Below are positions 35,820 through 45,274 of a stretch of DNA of 64,000 nt, one piece after another (position 1 is the first letter of the stretch; the number at the start of each line of letters is the position of its first letter). Under the pieces are notes generated by a model. That model saw only the letters and a program-made list of their open reading frames with translations, made no database searches and had not been told where the DNA came from. Position numbers and translations under genes: made by a program. Source of the stretch: Vulcanimicrobiota bacterium (lineage in GTDB: Bacteria > Vulcanimicrobiota > Vulcanimicrobiia > Vulcanimicrobiales > Vulcanimicrobiaceae); contig CAVTCS010000003.1 of assembly GCA_963733295.1 (NCBI GenBank), positions 2,240,001 through 2,304,000 of the forward strand, in the 5' to 3' direction.

Positions 35820-36416
35820 ATGGCAGAGAGCGACCGTCGACGACTCTTGGAGCGCGCCCTTGCGCTTCCGACCGCAAGCCCGGCGGATTTCGCCGGCGGA
35901 CGGCGACCCCCGTCCGACGCACTTCCGGAGCACCTCAAGCGCATCAACGACACCGCGCTACGCACCAAGCTCGTCGAAACGCACATCGCCCAGGGCTTGC
36001 AGTCGCCCAAGGGCCCGCAGAAAATCGCGTCGATCGTGCGCATCTATCCGGCGTTCGACGCACCTCCGCGGGTCGCCGGAAATGGACGCAAAAACGCGCG
36101 CCCGGCGGCGCGCGCGCCGCGGCGAGGTCTGCCGACCGTCGAGGAGATGGAACGCCTAATCGCGCGGATCCGCGAGGCCGAGCGCGAGGTTGCGGGCGAG
36201 CTCGCTCAGCGCGTCGACGAGCGAATCGCGATCTTAAAGCGGAGCATCGCCGCGAGCTCCGGCGAAGAACTCGAGCGCGCCTATGCCGAACTTGGAACGG
36301 CGCTCGCCGAGCGCCGGGAACTCGCCGCGCACGTACGCGGTGAGGCTTTCCGCCGGATCGAGAGCGACGGGAAGGTCAGCGGCCGCGTCCATCTCCGTCT
36401 GCTCGATCGAGGCTAG
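35820..36416 (+). CDS. Hypothetical protein, helical C-terminus
   Basis: GGAGG RBS + ATG; 198 aa. Confidence 0.7.
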   Translation: MAESDRRRLLERALALPTASPADFAGGRRPPSDALPEHLKRINDTALRTKLVETHIAQGLQSPKGPQKIASIVRIYPAFDAPPRVAGNGRKNARPAARAPRRGLPTVEEMERLIARIREAEREVAGELAQRVDERIAILKRSIAASSGEELERAYAELGTALAERRELAAHVRGEAFRRIESDGKVSGRVHLRLLDRG

Positions 36417-37461
36417 CCGGCGCGAATAGGGACATTTCGCGAGCGGGCTCTTCGGTGATCGAGGCGACGCGCACGCCGAGGAGCCGCACGGCGGCGCCGG
36501 CCAGCTCCGCGCGATCCAGACACCGCAGCGCCGCCGCGTAAATCGTCGCGGCGTCGTCGGTCGGAACCGCGACGGTCGTTTGGCGCACCAGCGTCGTGCG
36601 ATCGGCGCGGCGAATTTTGATCCCGATCGTGGAGCCGCGCAGCGCGTGCGCTGCCAGCCGCCGGGCGACGTCGTCGGAGAGCTCCTGCAAAGCCGCGTTC
36701 AGCTCCGCACCCACGCGCAGGTCGAATTCGAACGTCTCCTCCGCCGAGACGGATCGCGTTTCACGATCGGATTCGACGATGCGGGTGTCGTTGCCGCGTG
36801 CCAATTCGCGCACGAACCTGCCGCCGCGTCCGAACAGACGGAACGCGCGCTCGTCGCTTAGTTCCGCCAGCTCGCGAATGGTCGTGATGTTTTCCGCGGC
36901 GAGCCGAGCTTGCGTCTTCGGCCCGATGCCCCACAGTCTCCCGACCGGCATCGGTGCGAGGTACTCGGCTTCGGTTCCGGGCGGTACCGAGCGAAGTCCG
37001 TCGGGCTTCGCCGCTTCCGATGCGATCTTCGCGACCATCTTCTGCGCCGAGACGCCGGCGCTCACCGTCAGGCCCACTTCGCCGCGCACGCAGAGGCGGA
37101 CGTCTTCCGCATACGCGATCGCCGTGGCCAGATCGTCGCAATCGAACGCGACGAACGCCTCGTCGAGCGAAAGTCCCTCGACCGCGGTCGCATGTCGCGC
37201 GAAAATTTCGAAGACCGCACTCGACAGTTCGCGATAACGCGTGAAATTCGGCGGTACGACGACGAGCTGCGGACAAAGCTCCCGCGCGCGGTAGAGCGGC
37301 ATCGCCGAGCGGACTCCGAACGGTCGCGCTTCGTAGGAAGCGGTGAGCACGACCGCGCGACGGCTGCTCCCGGCAACGGCGAGCGGGACTGCGCGCAACG
37401 ACGGATCGTCGCGCTGCGCGACGCTGGCGTAGAAAGCGTCGATGTCGAAGTGCGCGATCAC
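36376..37461 (-). CDS. dinB: DNA polymerase IV
   Basis: IAHFDIDAFYASV, ASYEARPFGVRSAMP, SLDEAF, AKIAS..KPDG, LWGIG, VRLLGV. Confidence 0.95.
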   Translation of the reverse strand: MIAHFDIDAFYASVAQRDDPSLRAVPLAVAGSSRRAVVLTASYEARPFGVRSAMPLYRARELCPQLVVVPPNFTRYRELSSAVFEIFARHATAVEGLSLDEAFVAFDCDDLATAIAYAEDVRLCVRGEVGLTVSAGVSAQKMVAKIASEAAKPDGLRSVPPGTEAEYLAPMPVGRLWGIGPKTQARLAAENITTIRELAELSDERAFRLFGRGGRFVRELARGNDTRIVESDRETRSVSAEETFEFDLRVGAELNAALQELSDDVARRLAAHALRGSTIGIKIRRADRTTLVRQTTVAVPTDDAATIYAAALRCLDRAELAGAAVRLLGVRVASITEEPAREMSLFAPASLDRADGDGRGR

Positions 37462-37469
37462 TCCGGCCC

Positions 37470-38315
37470 TTACGTGAGCGCGCCCTCGAAGATGAGTCGA
37501 ACCGATTGCAGGTTGCGCGCGTCGTCCGAGGGTTCGCCCGGCGTCTCCAAAATCGCAGTCTTGCCGTGCAGCTCCGGGCGCGCCGCGAGCGCGCGAAAGC
37601 CGGCATAACCGATGTTGCCCTCGCCGATGTGCCAGTGCCGGTCCCGGTGCGCGCCCAGTGGAACTTGCGTGTCGTTGAAATGGAACATGTGCACCCTGTC
37701 GATCGAAACGGTCTGCTCGACGAGATCGATGAAAGCGTCGACGCCCTCCTGCGAGTCGATCTGATATCCGGCCGCCCACGAGTGGGCGGTGTCAAGGCAC
37801 ACGCCGAGTTGCGGGTGATCGACGGCCCGTAGGAAATCGCCCAGTTCCTCGAGCGTTCCCCCGCACAGCTGGCCCGCGCCGGCGGAGTTCTCGAGAATGA
37901 GAAACACGCCGGGACGGATCTCGGCCAAAGCTTCCTCGAGCGCCGCGACGACCGCCGCAAAGCCTTCGGAACGCGGCCGGGTGCCGTACGAGCCCAGGTG
38001 CGTGTTGACGAATTTCACGTCGCCGAGCGCTGCGCCGGCGAGATCGTGTTTGAGCAGGCGCAACGAGCCTGCCACGATCTTCGGGTCGGCGCTCGCGAGG
38101 TTGATCAGGTACGACGTGTGGATGGCCGCCGGCCAGATGTCGGCCTGAGCGCGTAGATCGCGAAAGCGTTCGAGCGCCGCGGCATCGAGCGCGCCGGGCC
38201 GGTACGTCTTCGGGCTCCCGTGAAAGAATTGGATCGCGTGCGCGCCGTGCTCGCGCGCGTAAGCGACCGCGGCGTCGTAGCCGTTTTGAATCGGAACGTG
38301 CAAACCCAAACGCAT
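37470..38315 (-). CDS. nfo: Endonuclease IV
   Basis: HTSYLINLAS, HLGS, LENSAG, CLDTAH, HFND, DRHWHIGEG, ILETP. Confidence 0.95.
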   Translation of the reverse strand: MRLGLHVPIQNGYDAAVAYAREHGAHAIQFFHGSPKTYRPGALDAAALERFRDLRAQADIWPAAIHTSYLINLASADPKIVAGSLRLLKHDLAGAALGDVKFVNTHLGSYGTRPRSEGFAAVVAALEEALAEIRPGVFLILENSAGAGQLCGGTLEELGDFLRAVDHPQLGVCLDTAHSWAAGYQIDSQEGVDAFIDLVEQTVSIDRVHMFHFNDTQVPLGAHRDRHWHIGEGNIGYAGFRALAARPELHGKTAILETPGEPSDDARNLQSVRLIFEGALT

Positions 38316-39067
38316 CAAGACGCCGCCGCGTCGGGTACGCGAGCCAAGTAAAGGTAGTGCAAGTAGTTGAGCGAGAGCGTCGCTTGCGGATCGCCGAGCC
38401 TGCCGGCCAGCCGTTCGAGATACTCGTCCCGGAGTTCGCCGAAGGCGTCGCGCGCCCGCGCCCGCGAGCGCTCGTAGCCGATGTAGTCCGAGACTCGCAT
38501 TTGGACGAGCCACGGCACGACGCGCAAGCGCTTGTCGTCGAGTCGCGCTTTTGCGAAGCCCGGAAAACCTTGGGCGAGCAAATCGCGCGGCGGGTCGACG
38601 CCGAGTTCGCGCGCGATGTCTTCGCGGATGTGCCGAACCGGGTCGCCGCGCATCAGACCCTTCCACCAGACGGCCAGCGTGCCGCCGGGTCGCACCACGC
38701 GCGCGAGCTCCTCGAGGGCGCGCCTCTGGTCGAACCAGTGAAACGCTTGCGCGCACGTGGCCGCGTCGAAGGCGCAAGCTTCGAACGGCAAGTGCTCGGC
38801 GGTCGCGACGACGAATTTCGCTTGCGGAACGTGCGAACGGGCGTAGGCGAGCATCGGTTCGGATGGGTCGGCCCCGGTAACGAGGCAGCCCGCTGCGGAA
38901 AGCCGCGCGCTGACGATTCCGGTTCCGCAGCCGAGATCGAGCACGCGGCAATCCGGTTCGATCGCGTGGTCTCGCAGAAGTTCGTAGATTTCGTCAGCGT
39001 AACCGATGCGAAAACGCTGGTAGTAGTCGGCTAGATCGTCGAACGAGCCGTAGCTCGTGACTTTCAC
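38315..39067 (-). CDS. Class I SAM-dependent methyltransferase
   Basis: VLDLGCGTG, ADPSEPML, AQAFHWFD, RVVRPGG. Confidence 0.9.
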   Translation of the reverse strand: MKVTSYGSFDDLADYYQRFRIGYADEIYELLRDHAIEPDCRVLDLGCGTGIVSARLSAAGCLVTGADPSEPMLAYARSHVPQAKFVVATAEHLPFEACAFDAATCAQAFHWFDQRRALEELARVVRPGGTLAVWWKGLMRGDPVRHIREDIARELGVDPPRDLLAQGFPGFAKARLDDKRLRVVPWLVQMRVSDYIGYERSRARARDAFGELRDEYLERLAGRLGDPQATLSLNYLHYLYLARVPDAAAS

Positions 39068-40314
39068 CGCCGGAAGCGCAGCGACCGCGAACGCATTCCG
39101 CGCGGCATGAAGCTCTGCGCGCGGCCGCGTCCCATCGCCCGGGAAGGGTTCTTTTCGAACGTCGTTTCGCTCACCAATACCGCATCGGAGGGACGTTCCC
39201 GCCGTCCGACCCGGCCGATGAGCTGCTCGACTTCGCTCTCGCCGAAAGCGTCGGCGTCGGTGATGACGATCAGGTCGGCGGCCGGAATGTCCAGACCGCT
39301 GCCGACCAGATTCGTCGCCGAGAGAATCGAGGGAACGCGTTCGGTGAACGCACGCATCTCCTCGACCCGCGTCGAGTCGCCGTAGACGCGAACGCCGCTC
39401 TTGCGGTGCCGCCGCTTGTGTTCCGCGCTGTCGGCCATGTCGCCGCGCAGCTGCTGAACGGGAATGCCGTAGGTCGTTTCGAGGCGCGCGGCCAGCTTCG
39501 GAACGTCGCCGCGCGTGCGCGCGATGACGAAGATGCGCGACTTGCGTTCGAGATGCTCGCGAATCAAGGCGTCGGCCCGCGCGAGCTGCTCCGCGGCCGG
39601 CTCGCCCCAGACGCCCGCGACCTTGTGCACCTTGGTGGGCAAGACGGCGAAGGGCATTGCGCGCATCGAGACGACCTTCGAAAACGCGCCCACGCGTTCG
39701 AGAAACGCACGCAGTTCGTTGGGCGTCGCCGAGGCGAAGAGCAGCGGACAGTCGAGATCCTCGAGCAACCGCAAATGCTCGCGTTCGTCGAAAGCGTTGA
39801 CGTCGTCGACCATCGTAAGGCAGCTCCGGTCGAGGATTTCCCACAACGGTTCGCTCGAGATCAGCATCGCGCTGCCGACGAGAAAGCGGATCTCACCGCT
39901 GGCCAAACCTTCGAGCATCGCACGCCGTTCGCCGGGTGAAATGCCGCCGTGGACCTCGCCCACGCCGAGTCCCGTACCTTCGAGCCGGTCGCGGAAATAG
40001 GTGCAATCCTGTCGCACGAGATCGCGCGTCGGCGCGACCAGGCAAACGTACCCGCCGGTGCGCAGCGCTTCGGCGACGGCGACGCGCAGCATCACCTCGG
40101 TTTTGCCGGACCCCGTCGGCGCTTTGAGCAGAAACTCGAAGTCGCCGCCGGCAAAGCCGCCGCCGATCGTCGCGATCGCATTCTGCTGATCGTCGGTGAG
40201 CGTGAACTGTTCGCCGGGTTGAATGAGTTCGTGGGAGAGCGCGACGGCCTGCGAGTTCTCCTCGATTTGATTCCAAATGGCGCGCGCCGCGCCGGTTAAC
40301 TCGGGTTGCTGAAT
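39064..40314 (-). CDS. Minimal RecG/Mfd-like SF2 helicase core, probable ATT start
   Basis: Upstream of the ORF-track start the same frame encodes FTLTDDQQNAI and APTGSGKT. Downstream: VAPTRDL, DDVN, SATP, ATNLVGSGLDIP, QLIGRVGR. Confidence 0.8.
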   Translation of the reverse strand: MQQPELTGAARAIWNQIEENSQAVALSHELIQPGEQFTLTDDQQNAIATIGGGFAGGDFEFLLKAPTGSGKTEVMLRVAVAEALRTGGYVCLVAPTRDLVRQDCTYFRDRLEGTGLGVGEVHGGISPGERRAMLEGLASGEIRFLVGSAMLISSEPLWEILDRSCLTMVDDVNAFDEREHLRLLEDLDCPLLFASATPNELRAFLERVGAFSKVVSMRAMPFAVLPTKVHKVAGVWGEPAAEQLARADALIREHLERKSRIFVIARTRGDVPKLAARLETTYGIPVQQLRGDMADSAEHKRRHRKSGVRVYGDSTRVEEMRAFTERVPSILSATNLVGSGLDIPAADLIVITDADAFGESEVEQLIGRVGRRERPSDAVLVSETTFEKNPSRAMGRGRAQSFMPRGMRSRSLRFRR

Positions 40315-40913
40315 ACTGGTTCCTCTCTCTGTTTTCCGGTGTTGTCGCTCGCTGCGACCGGTTCGGTCGCGATTAGCGGCAACTCCAAGCTCGCCGCCTC
40401 GAGGTCGACCGGCGGCAGCTCGTCAACCGAGCGCAGTCCGAACGATTCGAGAAATTCCGGTGTAGTTCTGTATTCGGCCGGCCGGCCTGGAACGTCGCGC
40501 CGGCCGGCCTCGAAAATAAAGCGGCGGTCGACCAAAGTCGAGACGACGCTCTCGACGTTGACGCCGCGCACCGCTTCGATCTCGGCTTTGGTCACGGGCT
40601 GCAGGTACGCGACGATCGCGAGCGTCTCGAGGGCGGGCGCCGACAAATTTGTTTTGGCGGGAAGCAAGTACGCTTCTACGACCTCACGCGCCGCGGGCGA
40701 ACTCGCGAAGCGGTACCCGCCCGCGATCTCGCGCAGGACGATGCCCCGTTCGGCGTATTCTTCGGCCAGCGTCTGCAGCGTGGAGGCAACTTCCACGTGG
40801 GTCGCCCCCGTCAGTTTGGCAAGCGTGCCGATCGAAAGCGCCTCGCTGGCTACGAACAAAAGCGCCTCGATGAAGCGCTTTAGTTCGCCGGTTTCGATCA
40901 ACTCAGTTTGCAT
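40296..40913 (-). CDS. scpB: SMC-Scp complex subunit ScpB
   Basis: IEALLF, IAGGY, LSAPALETLAIVAYLQPVTKAEIEAVRGV, YRTTPEFLESFGL. Confidence 0.95.
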   Translation of the reverse strand: MQTELIETGELKRFIEALLFVASEALSIGTLAKLTGATHVEVASTLQTLAEEYAERGIVLREIAGGYRFASSPAAREVVEAYLLPAKTNLSAPALETLAIVAYLQPVTKAEIEAVRGVNVESVVSTLVDRRFIFEAGRRDVPGRPAEYRTTPEFLESFGLRSVDELPPVDLEAASLELPLIATEPVAASDNTGKQREEPVFSNPS

Positions 40914-41667
40914 AGATTCCTGTTGGTTCGAGGGGGAGGAGCCGGAGTGATTCCCGCGGGTCGGCCTGGGCAAAGTCCAGGCGCCGCTGCCGGATCAACT
41001 CCAGAATCGCCAGGAACGTGGCAATGATCCCGCTCCGGTCCAGGCCGCGGCACAGGTCCAGAAAATCGATCGTGCCGTGCTCGCGGACCGTCCGGGTGAC
41101 GAATTCCATCTGCCGGGCGATGGAGAAACGCTCGCGGGCGATCGAACGTCGCTCGGGCCTGGCCGCCCGCATCGCGGCTTGCAGAGCCGCCGCCAGGCGC
41201 TCCGGCAGGATCCGGTAGCGCTGGACGAATTCGCTCGAAGGGTCGCCCCCCTCGCGGAAAAAGAAGGCCTCCGCCTGCTCGCGGCGGGCCCTCAGATCTT
41301 CCGCGACGTTCTTGTACTTGGAATAGGCGATCAGCCGGCGCCGCAGGCGCTCTTCGACCTCCTCGGCCGTCTCTTCGCCTTCAGCCAGGAACTCAGCGGG
41401 CACGGGGGGCAGCAAGGCGCGCGACTTCAGGAAGACGAGGGTCGCGGCGACCACCAGATATTCGGCGGCCAACTCGAGGTCGAGCGCGTGCATGACCGCG
41501 ATGTAGTCGAAGTACTGCTGGGCGACGCTCGCCAAGGGGACCGTCGCGATATCCAGCTGGTGCTCCCGGACGAGGTGCAGCAGCAAATCGAGCGGGCCGT
41601 CGAAGACGTCGAGCGAGACCCGCAGGGTGCGCCCCTCGTCCTGTCCGGGATCCGGAAGACCGCTCAG
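40903..41667 (-). CDS. scpA: SMC-Scp complex subunit ScpA, probable CTG start
   Basis: FDGPLDLLLHLV, AAEYLVVAATLVFLKSRALLP, TFLAILEL. CTG at 41667 overlaps the upstream TGA. Confidence 0.92.
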   Translation of the reverse strand: MSGLPDPGQDEGRTLRVSLDVFDGPLDLLLHLVREHQLDIATVPLASVAQQYFDYIAVMHALDLELAAEYLVVAATLVFLKSRALLPPVPAEFLAEGEETAEEVEERLRRRLIAYSKYKNVAEDLRARREQAEAFFFREGGDPSSEFVQRYRILPERLAAALQAAMRAARPERRSIARERFSIARQMEFVTRTVREHGTIDFLDLCRGLDRSGIIATFLAILELIRQRRLDFAQADPRESLRLLPLEPTGIYAN

Positions 41668-42164
41668 CGCGTCGCCGATTCCCTCACCGCCTGGTCGGCT
41701 GCGGCCGGCGTCGAGACCGGCTTCAGTTCGAACGGGTCGCCTTCGAGGGCGGCCAAGTAGTCCAGCCCCAGGTCGACCAGTCGCTTCTCGTTGACGTACT
41801 TGAGGGCTTTCTTGGCGGCTTTGATCTCGAACCAGGCGGCTTCGTCGACCTCGTGGTCGTGGTTGGCCGTGTCTCCGGAGAGGTAGCGCATCAGGTAAAA
41901 GTGGACCGATTTCTTGTGCTTGGTCCCGTTGAGATAGAACCAATACGAAATATCGGAAAGCTTCGTGAGGCTTTCGGCCCAACAGCCGGTCTCTTCTCGA
42001 ACCTCGCGCAGAGCCGCCATCTCATGCGTCTCGCGAACTTCGACGTGGCCCTTCGGAAGGGACCAGACGCGAGGAGTACCGCGGCCGATCAGGAGGGCTT
42101 CGATCCCTTGATCCGTCCGGCGCAGAACGAGCCCGCCGGCGGAGACCTCGTACTTGATCCTCAT
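41664..42164 (-). CDS. NUDIX hydrolase (Ap4A hydrolase-like)
   Basis: SAGG, WSLPKGHVE..E....AALREVREETG. Confidence 0.92.
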   Translation of the reverse strand: MRIKYEVSAGGLVLRRTDQGIEALLIGRGTPRVWSLPKGHVEVRETHEMAALREVREETGCWAESLTKLSDISYWFYLNGTKHKKSVHFYLMRYLSGDTANHDHEVDEAAWFEIKAAKKALKYVNEKRLVDLGLDYLAALEGDPFELKPVSTPAAADQAVRESATR

Positions 42165-42404
42165 CTGCCGCTTTCCGGTGGAAAAGCGCCCCCCGTTGGG
42201 AGGCGCCGTTTTCTTCTATTCTAGCAACCCGCCCCAAGAAGAAACCGCCTCGGCGGGTGCGATCGCTCGCTTGGCTTACTAGGCTATAGCAAGCGAACTT
42301 AGGACGTCGCCCGGTAACGTTTTCCGTGCCTCGCGCGTTTCTGGCCGTACCACCGGCAAGCGCAGGGTCGCTGGCTCGCCGGCTTTCTTACCTGGGGGTT
42401 CCGG

Positions 42405-43841
42405 ATGAACCGACGGCTGATCCCGAGCGCCGCTCTCGGCGGCTTCGCACTCCTGACCGCACTTGCGGCCGCCGATACTGCGGAGCGCATAACGACGAAC
42501 GCCGACCGTCAAGCCCTCAACCTCACCGTCTACAACGGCGGGATCGCGCTCGTGCACGACACGCGGCGTCTCGAGTTGCACGGAGGATTAGAGCACATCG
42601 CGTGGCGCGACGTTGGTGCGCAGATTCAACCCGTCACCGCTCTGCTGGAAAGCAAGACAAAACCCGGCTCGGTGCGCGTCGTCGAACAGAATTTCGACTA
42701 CGACGTGCTGCAACCGTCGGCGATCCTCGACAAGTATGTGGGCCGCGAGGTCACCGTGGTCCACGATAAGGCGCTTCCGGGTCAGCCGCAGCAAGAACGC
42801 GCGAAACTGCTCTCGACCTACAACGGCATCGTCTTGCAGTACGCCAACCGGATCGAAACCAGCGTCGACGGACGGATCGTCTTTCCGGCATTACCCTCCG
42901 ACCTGCGCGATCAGCCGACTCTCGTGCTCGATCTCGCCGAAGCCGGTGCCGGCACGCAGGATCTCGACCTCAGCTACATCACCGGCGGCCTGACCTGGCG
43001 CGCAGACTACGTCGGCGTCGTCAACAGTGCCGAGGACCGGCTCAACCTCAACGGCTTGATCACGCTCTCGAACCAGAGCGGCACGTCGTTCAACGACGCG
43101 CGTTTGCAGCTCGTCGCCGGCAACGTCAACATCGTGAACCCGCCGAGCGAAAATCAAATGCGGATTATGGCGAGACCTCAAAGCGGCGCTTTTCAGGGTC
43201 CGCAGCAGATCCAAGAGCAGAGTTACTTTGAGTACCACCTCTACACGCTTTCGCACCCGACCTCAGTGCTCAACAAACAAACCAAGCAAGTCTCACTGTT
43301 GAGCGCGCACGACATCCCGCTGCGCAAGACGCTCGAGATGCGTGGGGGACCCGACTACTACCGCAATGCCGCCAACGGCGATCTCGGCCAACACGTCAAG
43401 CTCGGGGTCTACCTGACCTTCACGAACAAGGGCGGCGACCTCGGGATCCCGCTGCCGGGCGGCATCGTGCGCCTCTACAAGAACGACGAGCAAGGCACGT
43501 CGCAATTCCTCGGTTCGGACAATATCGATCATACGCCGCGCAATGAGGACGTGCGACTGCACGTCGGCGACTCCTTCGATGTGACGGCGAACCGCAAGCA
43601 AACGAACTTCCACATCGCGGGGCCTTATCGCTACGATAGCTCGTACGAGTTCACGATTTCGAACGCGAAGACGGTGCCGCAAGACGTCCTTGTCGTCGAA
43701 CCGATCCCGGCGGAGTGGACGATTCTCTCGGAAAGCTCACCACACGAGAAGAGTTCCAGCAACACGGCGACTTGGCACATTCGCGTTCCCGCCGACGGCA
43801 AGACGACGCTGACCTTCACGGTTGAAGTATGGTTCGTTTAA
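42405..43841 (+). CDS. Secreted DUF4139-family protein, paralog 1
   Basis: Signal peptide; LTVYNGGIALVHDTR, EQNFDYD, GLTWRADY, LSNQSG, LVAGNVN, YHLY. Confidence 0.85.
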   Translation: MNRRLIPSAALGGFALLTALAAADTAERITTNADRQALNLTVYNGGIALVHDTRRLELHGGLEHIAWRDVGAQIQPVTALLESKTKPGSVRVVEQNFDYDVLQPSAILDKYVGREVTVVHDKALPGQPQQERAKLLSTYNGIVLQYANRIETSVDGRIVFPALPSDLRDQPTLVLDLAEAGAGTQDLDLSYITGGLTWRADYVGVVNSAEDRLNLNGLITLSNQSGTSFNDARLQLVAGNVNIVNPPSENQMRIMARPQSGAFQGPQQIQEQSYFEYHLYTLSHPTSVLNKQTKQVSLLSAHDIPLRKTLEMRGGPDYYRNAANGDLGQHVKLGVYLTFTNKGGDLGIPLPGGIVRLYKNDEQGTSQFLGSDNIDHTPRNEDVRLHVGDSFDVTANRKQTNFHIAGPYRYDSSYEFTISNAKTVPQDVLVVEPIPAEWTILSESSPHEKSSSNTATWHIRVPADGKTTLTFTVEVWFV

Positions 43842-45274
43842 CCGTGCGCGCCGGAGCGGCGCTCGCTCTCTGGGCGGTAACGGTTGCGACGCTTGCGTCA
43901 TCTCCCGGCGGAGCCGACACGGCCGAACGCGTGACGACGGATGCGAGTCGAATCGCGCTCAACCTCACCGTCTACAACGGCGGCCTCGCGCTCGTCCACG
44001 ACACGCGCCGCGTCGATCTCCACGGGGGCCTCGAACACCTCGCCTGGCGCGACGTCGGAGCGCAGATTCAGCCCGAGACCGCGCTGCTCGAGAGCAAGAC
44101 CAAGCCCGGTTCGGTCCGGGTCGTAGAGCAGAACTTCGACTACGACGTGCTTCAACCGGATGCGATCCTAAATAAATATGTCGGACAGGACGTCATCGTG
44201 GTCCACGGCAACGTCCCCGGACTCCCCTACCGTGAAACCGCAAAGCTGCTGTCGACCGACAACGGCGTCGTGTTGCAGTACGCGGACCGCATCGAGACCA
44301 GCGTCGTGGGACGCATCGTCTTCCCGAAACTTCCCGCCGGCCTCCGCGACAAGCCGACGTTGATTCTCGACGTCGACGAAGCGGTCACCGGACCCCAAGA
44401 ACTCGACCTCACCTATATCACCGGCGGGCTCACCTGGCGCGCCGACTACGTCGGCACGGTTTCGCCGGACGAGGGCCGTATGAACCTGAGCGGGCTGGTC
44501 ACGCTCTCGAATCAGAGCGGCACCTCGTTTCCGAACGCGCGCTTGCAGCTCGTCGCCGGGAACGTCAACATCGTCGCGCGTGGAATGCCCACCATACGCG
44601 GCGCAGCAGAAAACGAGAACAACGTTCTTCTCGCAGTCCCCGGAGTCACCGAGCAGAGCTACTTCGAGTACCACCTCTACACACTCGGCCGCCCAACTTC
44701 GGTCCTCAACAATCAGACGAAGCAAGTCTCGCTGCTCGATGCGCACAATATTCCGCTGCGCAAGACGCTCGAGATGCGCGGTGGTCCCCAGTACTATAAC
44801 AATGCGAACCAGGATCTCGGGGAGCACGTCAAGCTCGGCGTCTACCTGACGTTCACGAATAAGAACGGCGACCTCGGCATCGCGATTCCCGCAGGCATCG
44901 TGCGCCTCTACAAAAAGGATGCCGGCGGCACCGCCCAATTCCTCGGCTCCGATTCGATCGACCACACGCCGCGCAACGAGGAGGTCCGGCTGCACGTCGG
45001 CGATTCGTTCGACGTCACCGCGCGCCGCAAACAAACGAACTTCCACATCGTAGGGGGCGGCGTGTACGACAGCTCCTACGAGTTCGTGATTTCGAATGCC
45101 AAAAAGACGGCGCAAGAGGTCGTCGTCGTCGAGCCGATTCCAGCGGAGTGGAAGATCCTAAGCGAAAGCGCGCCTCACACGAAGACGTCGAGCGGGACGG
45201 CTTCCTGGCACTTGCGCGTTCCGGCCGACGGAAAAACGACGCTGACCTTTACTGCCGAAGTCCGTTACTTCTAA
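43829..45274 (+). CDS. Secreted DUF4139-family protein, paralog 2
   Basis: Colinear and highly similar to 42405-43841. Confidence 0.85.
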   Translation: MVRLTVRAGAALALWAVTVATLASSPGGADTAERVTTDASRIALNLTVYNGGLALVHDTRRVDLHGGLEHLAWRDVGAQIQPETALLESKTKPGSVRVVEQNFDYDVLQPDAILNKYVGQDVIVVHGNVPGLPYRETAKLLSTDNGVVLQYADRIETSVVGRIVFPKLPAGLRDKPTLILDVDEAVTGPQELDLTYITGGLTWRADYVGTVSPDEGRMNLSGLVTLSNQSGTSFPNARLQLVAGNVNIVARGMPTIRGAAENENNVLLAVPGVTEQSYFEYHLYTLGRPTSVLNNQTKQVSLLDAHNIPLRKTLEMRGGPQYYNNANQDLGEHVKLGVYLTFTNKNGDLGIAIPAGIVRLYKKDAGGTAQFLGSDSIDHTPRNEEVRLHVGDSFDVTARRKQTNFHIVGGGVYDSSYEFVISNAKKTAQEVVVVEPIPAEWKILSESAPHTKTSSGTASWHLRVPADGKTTLTFTAEVRYF

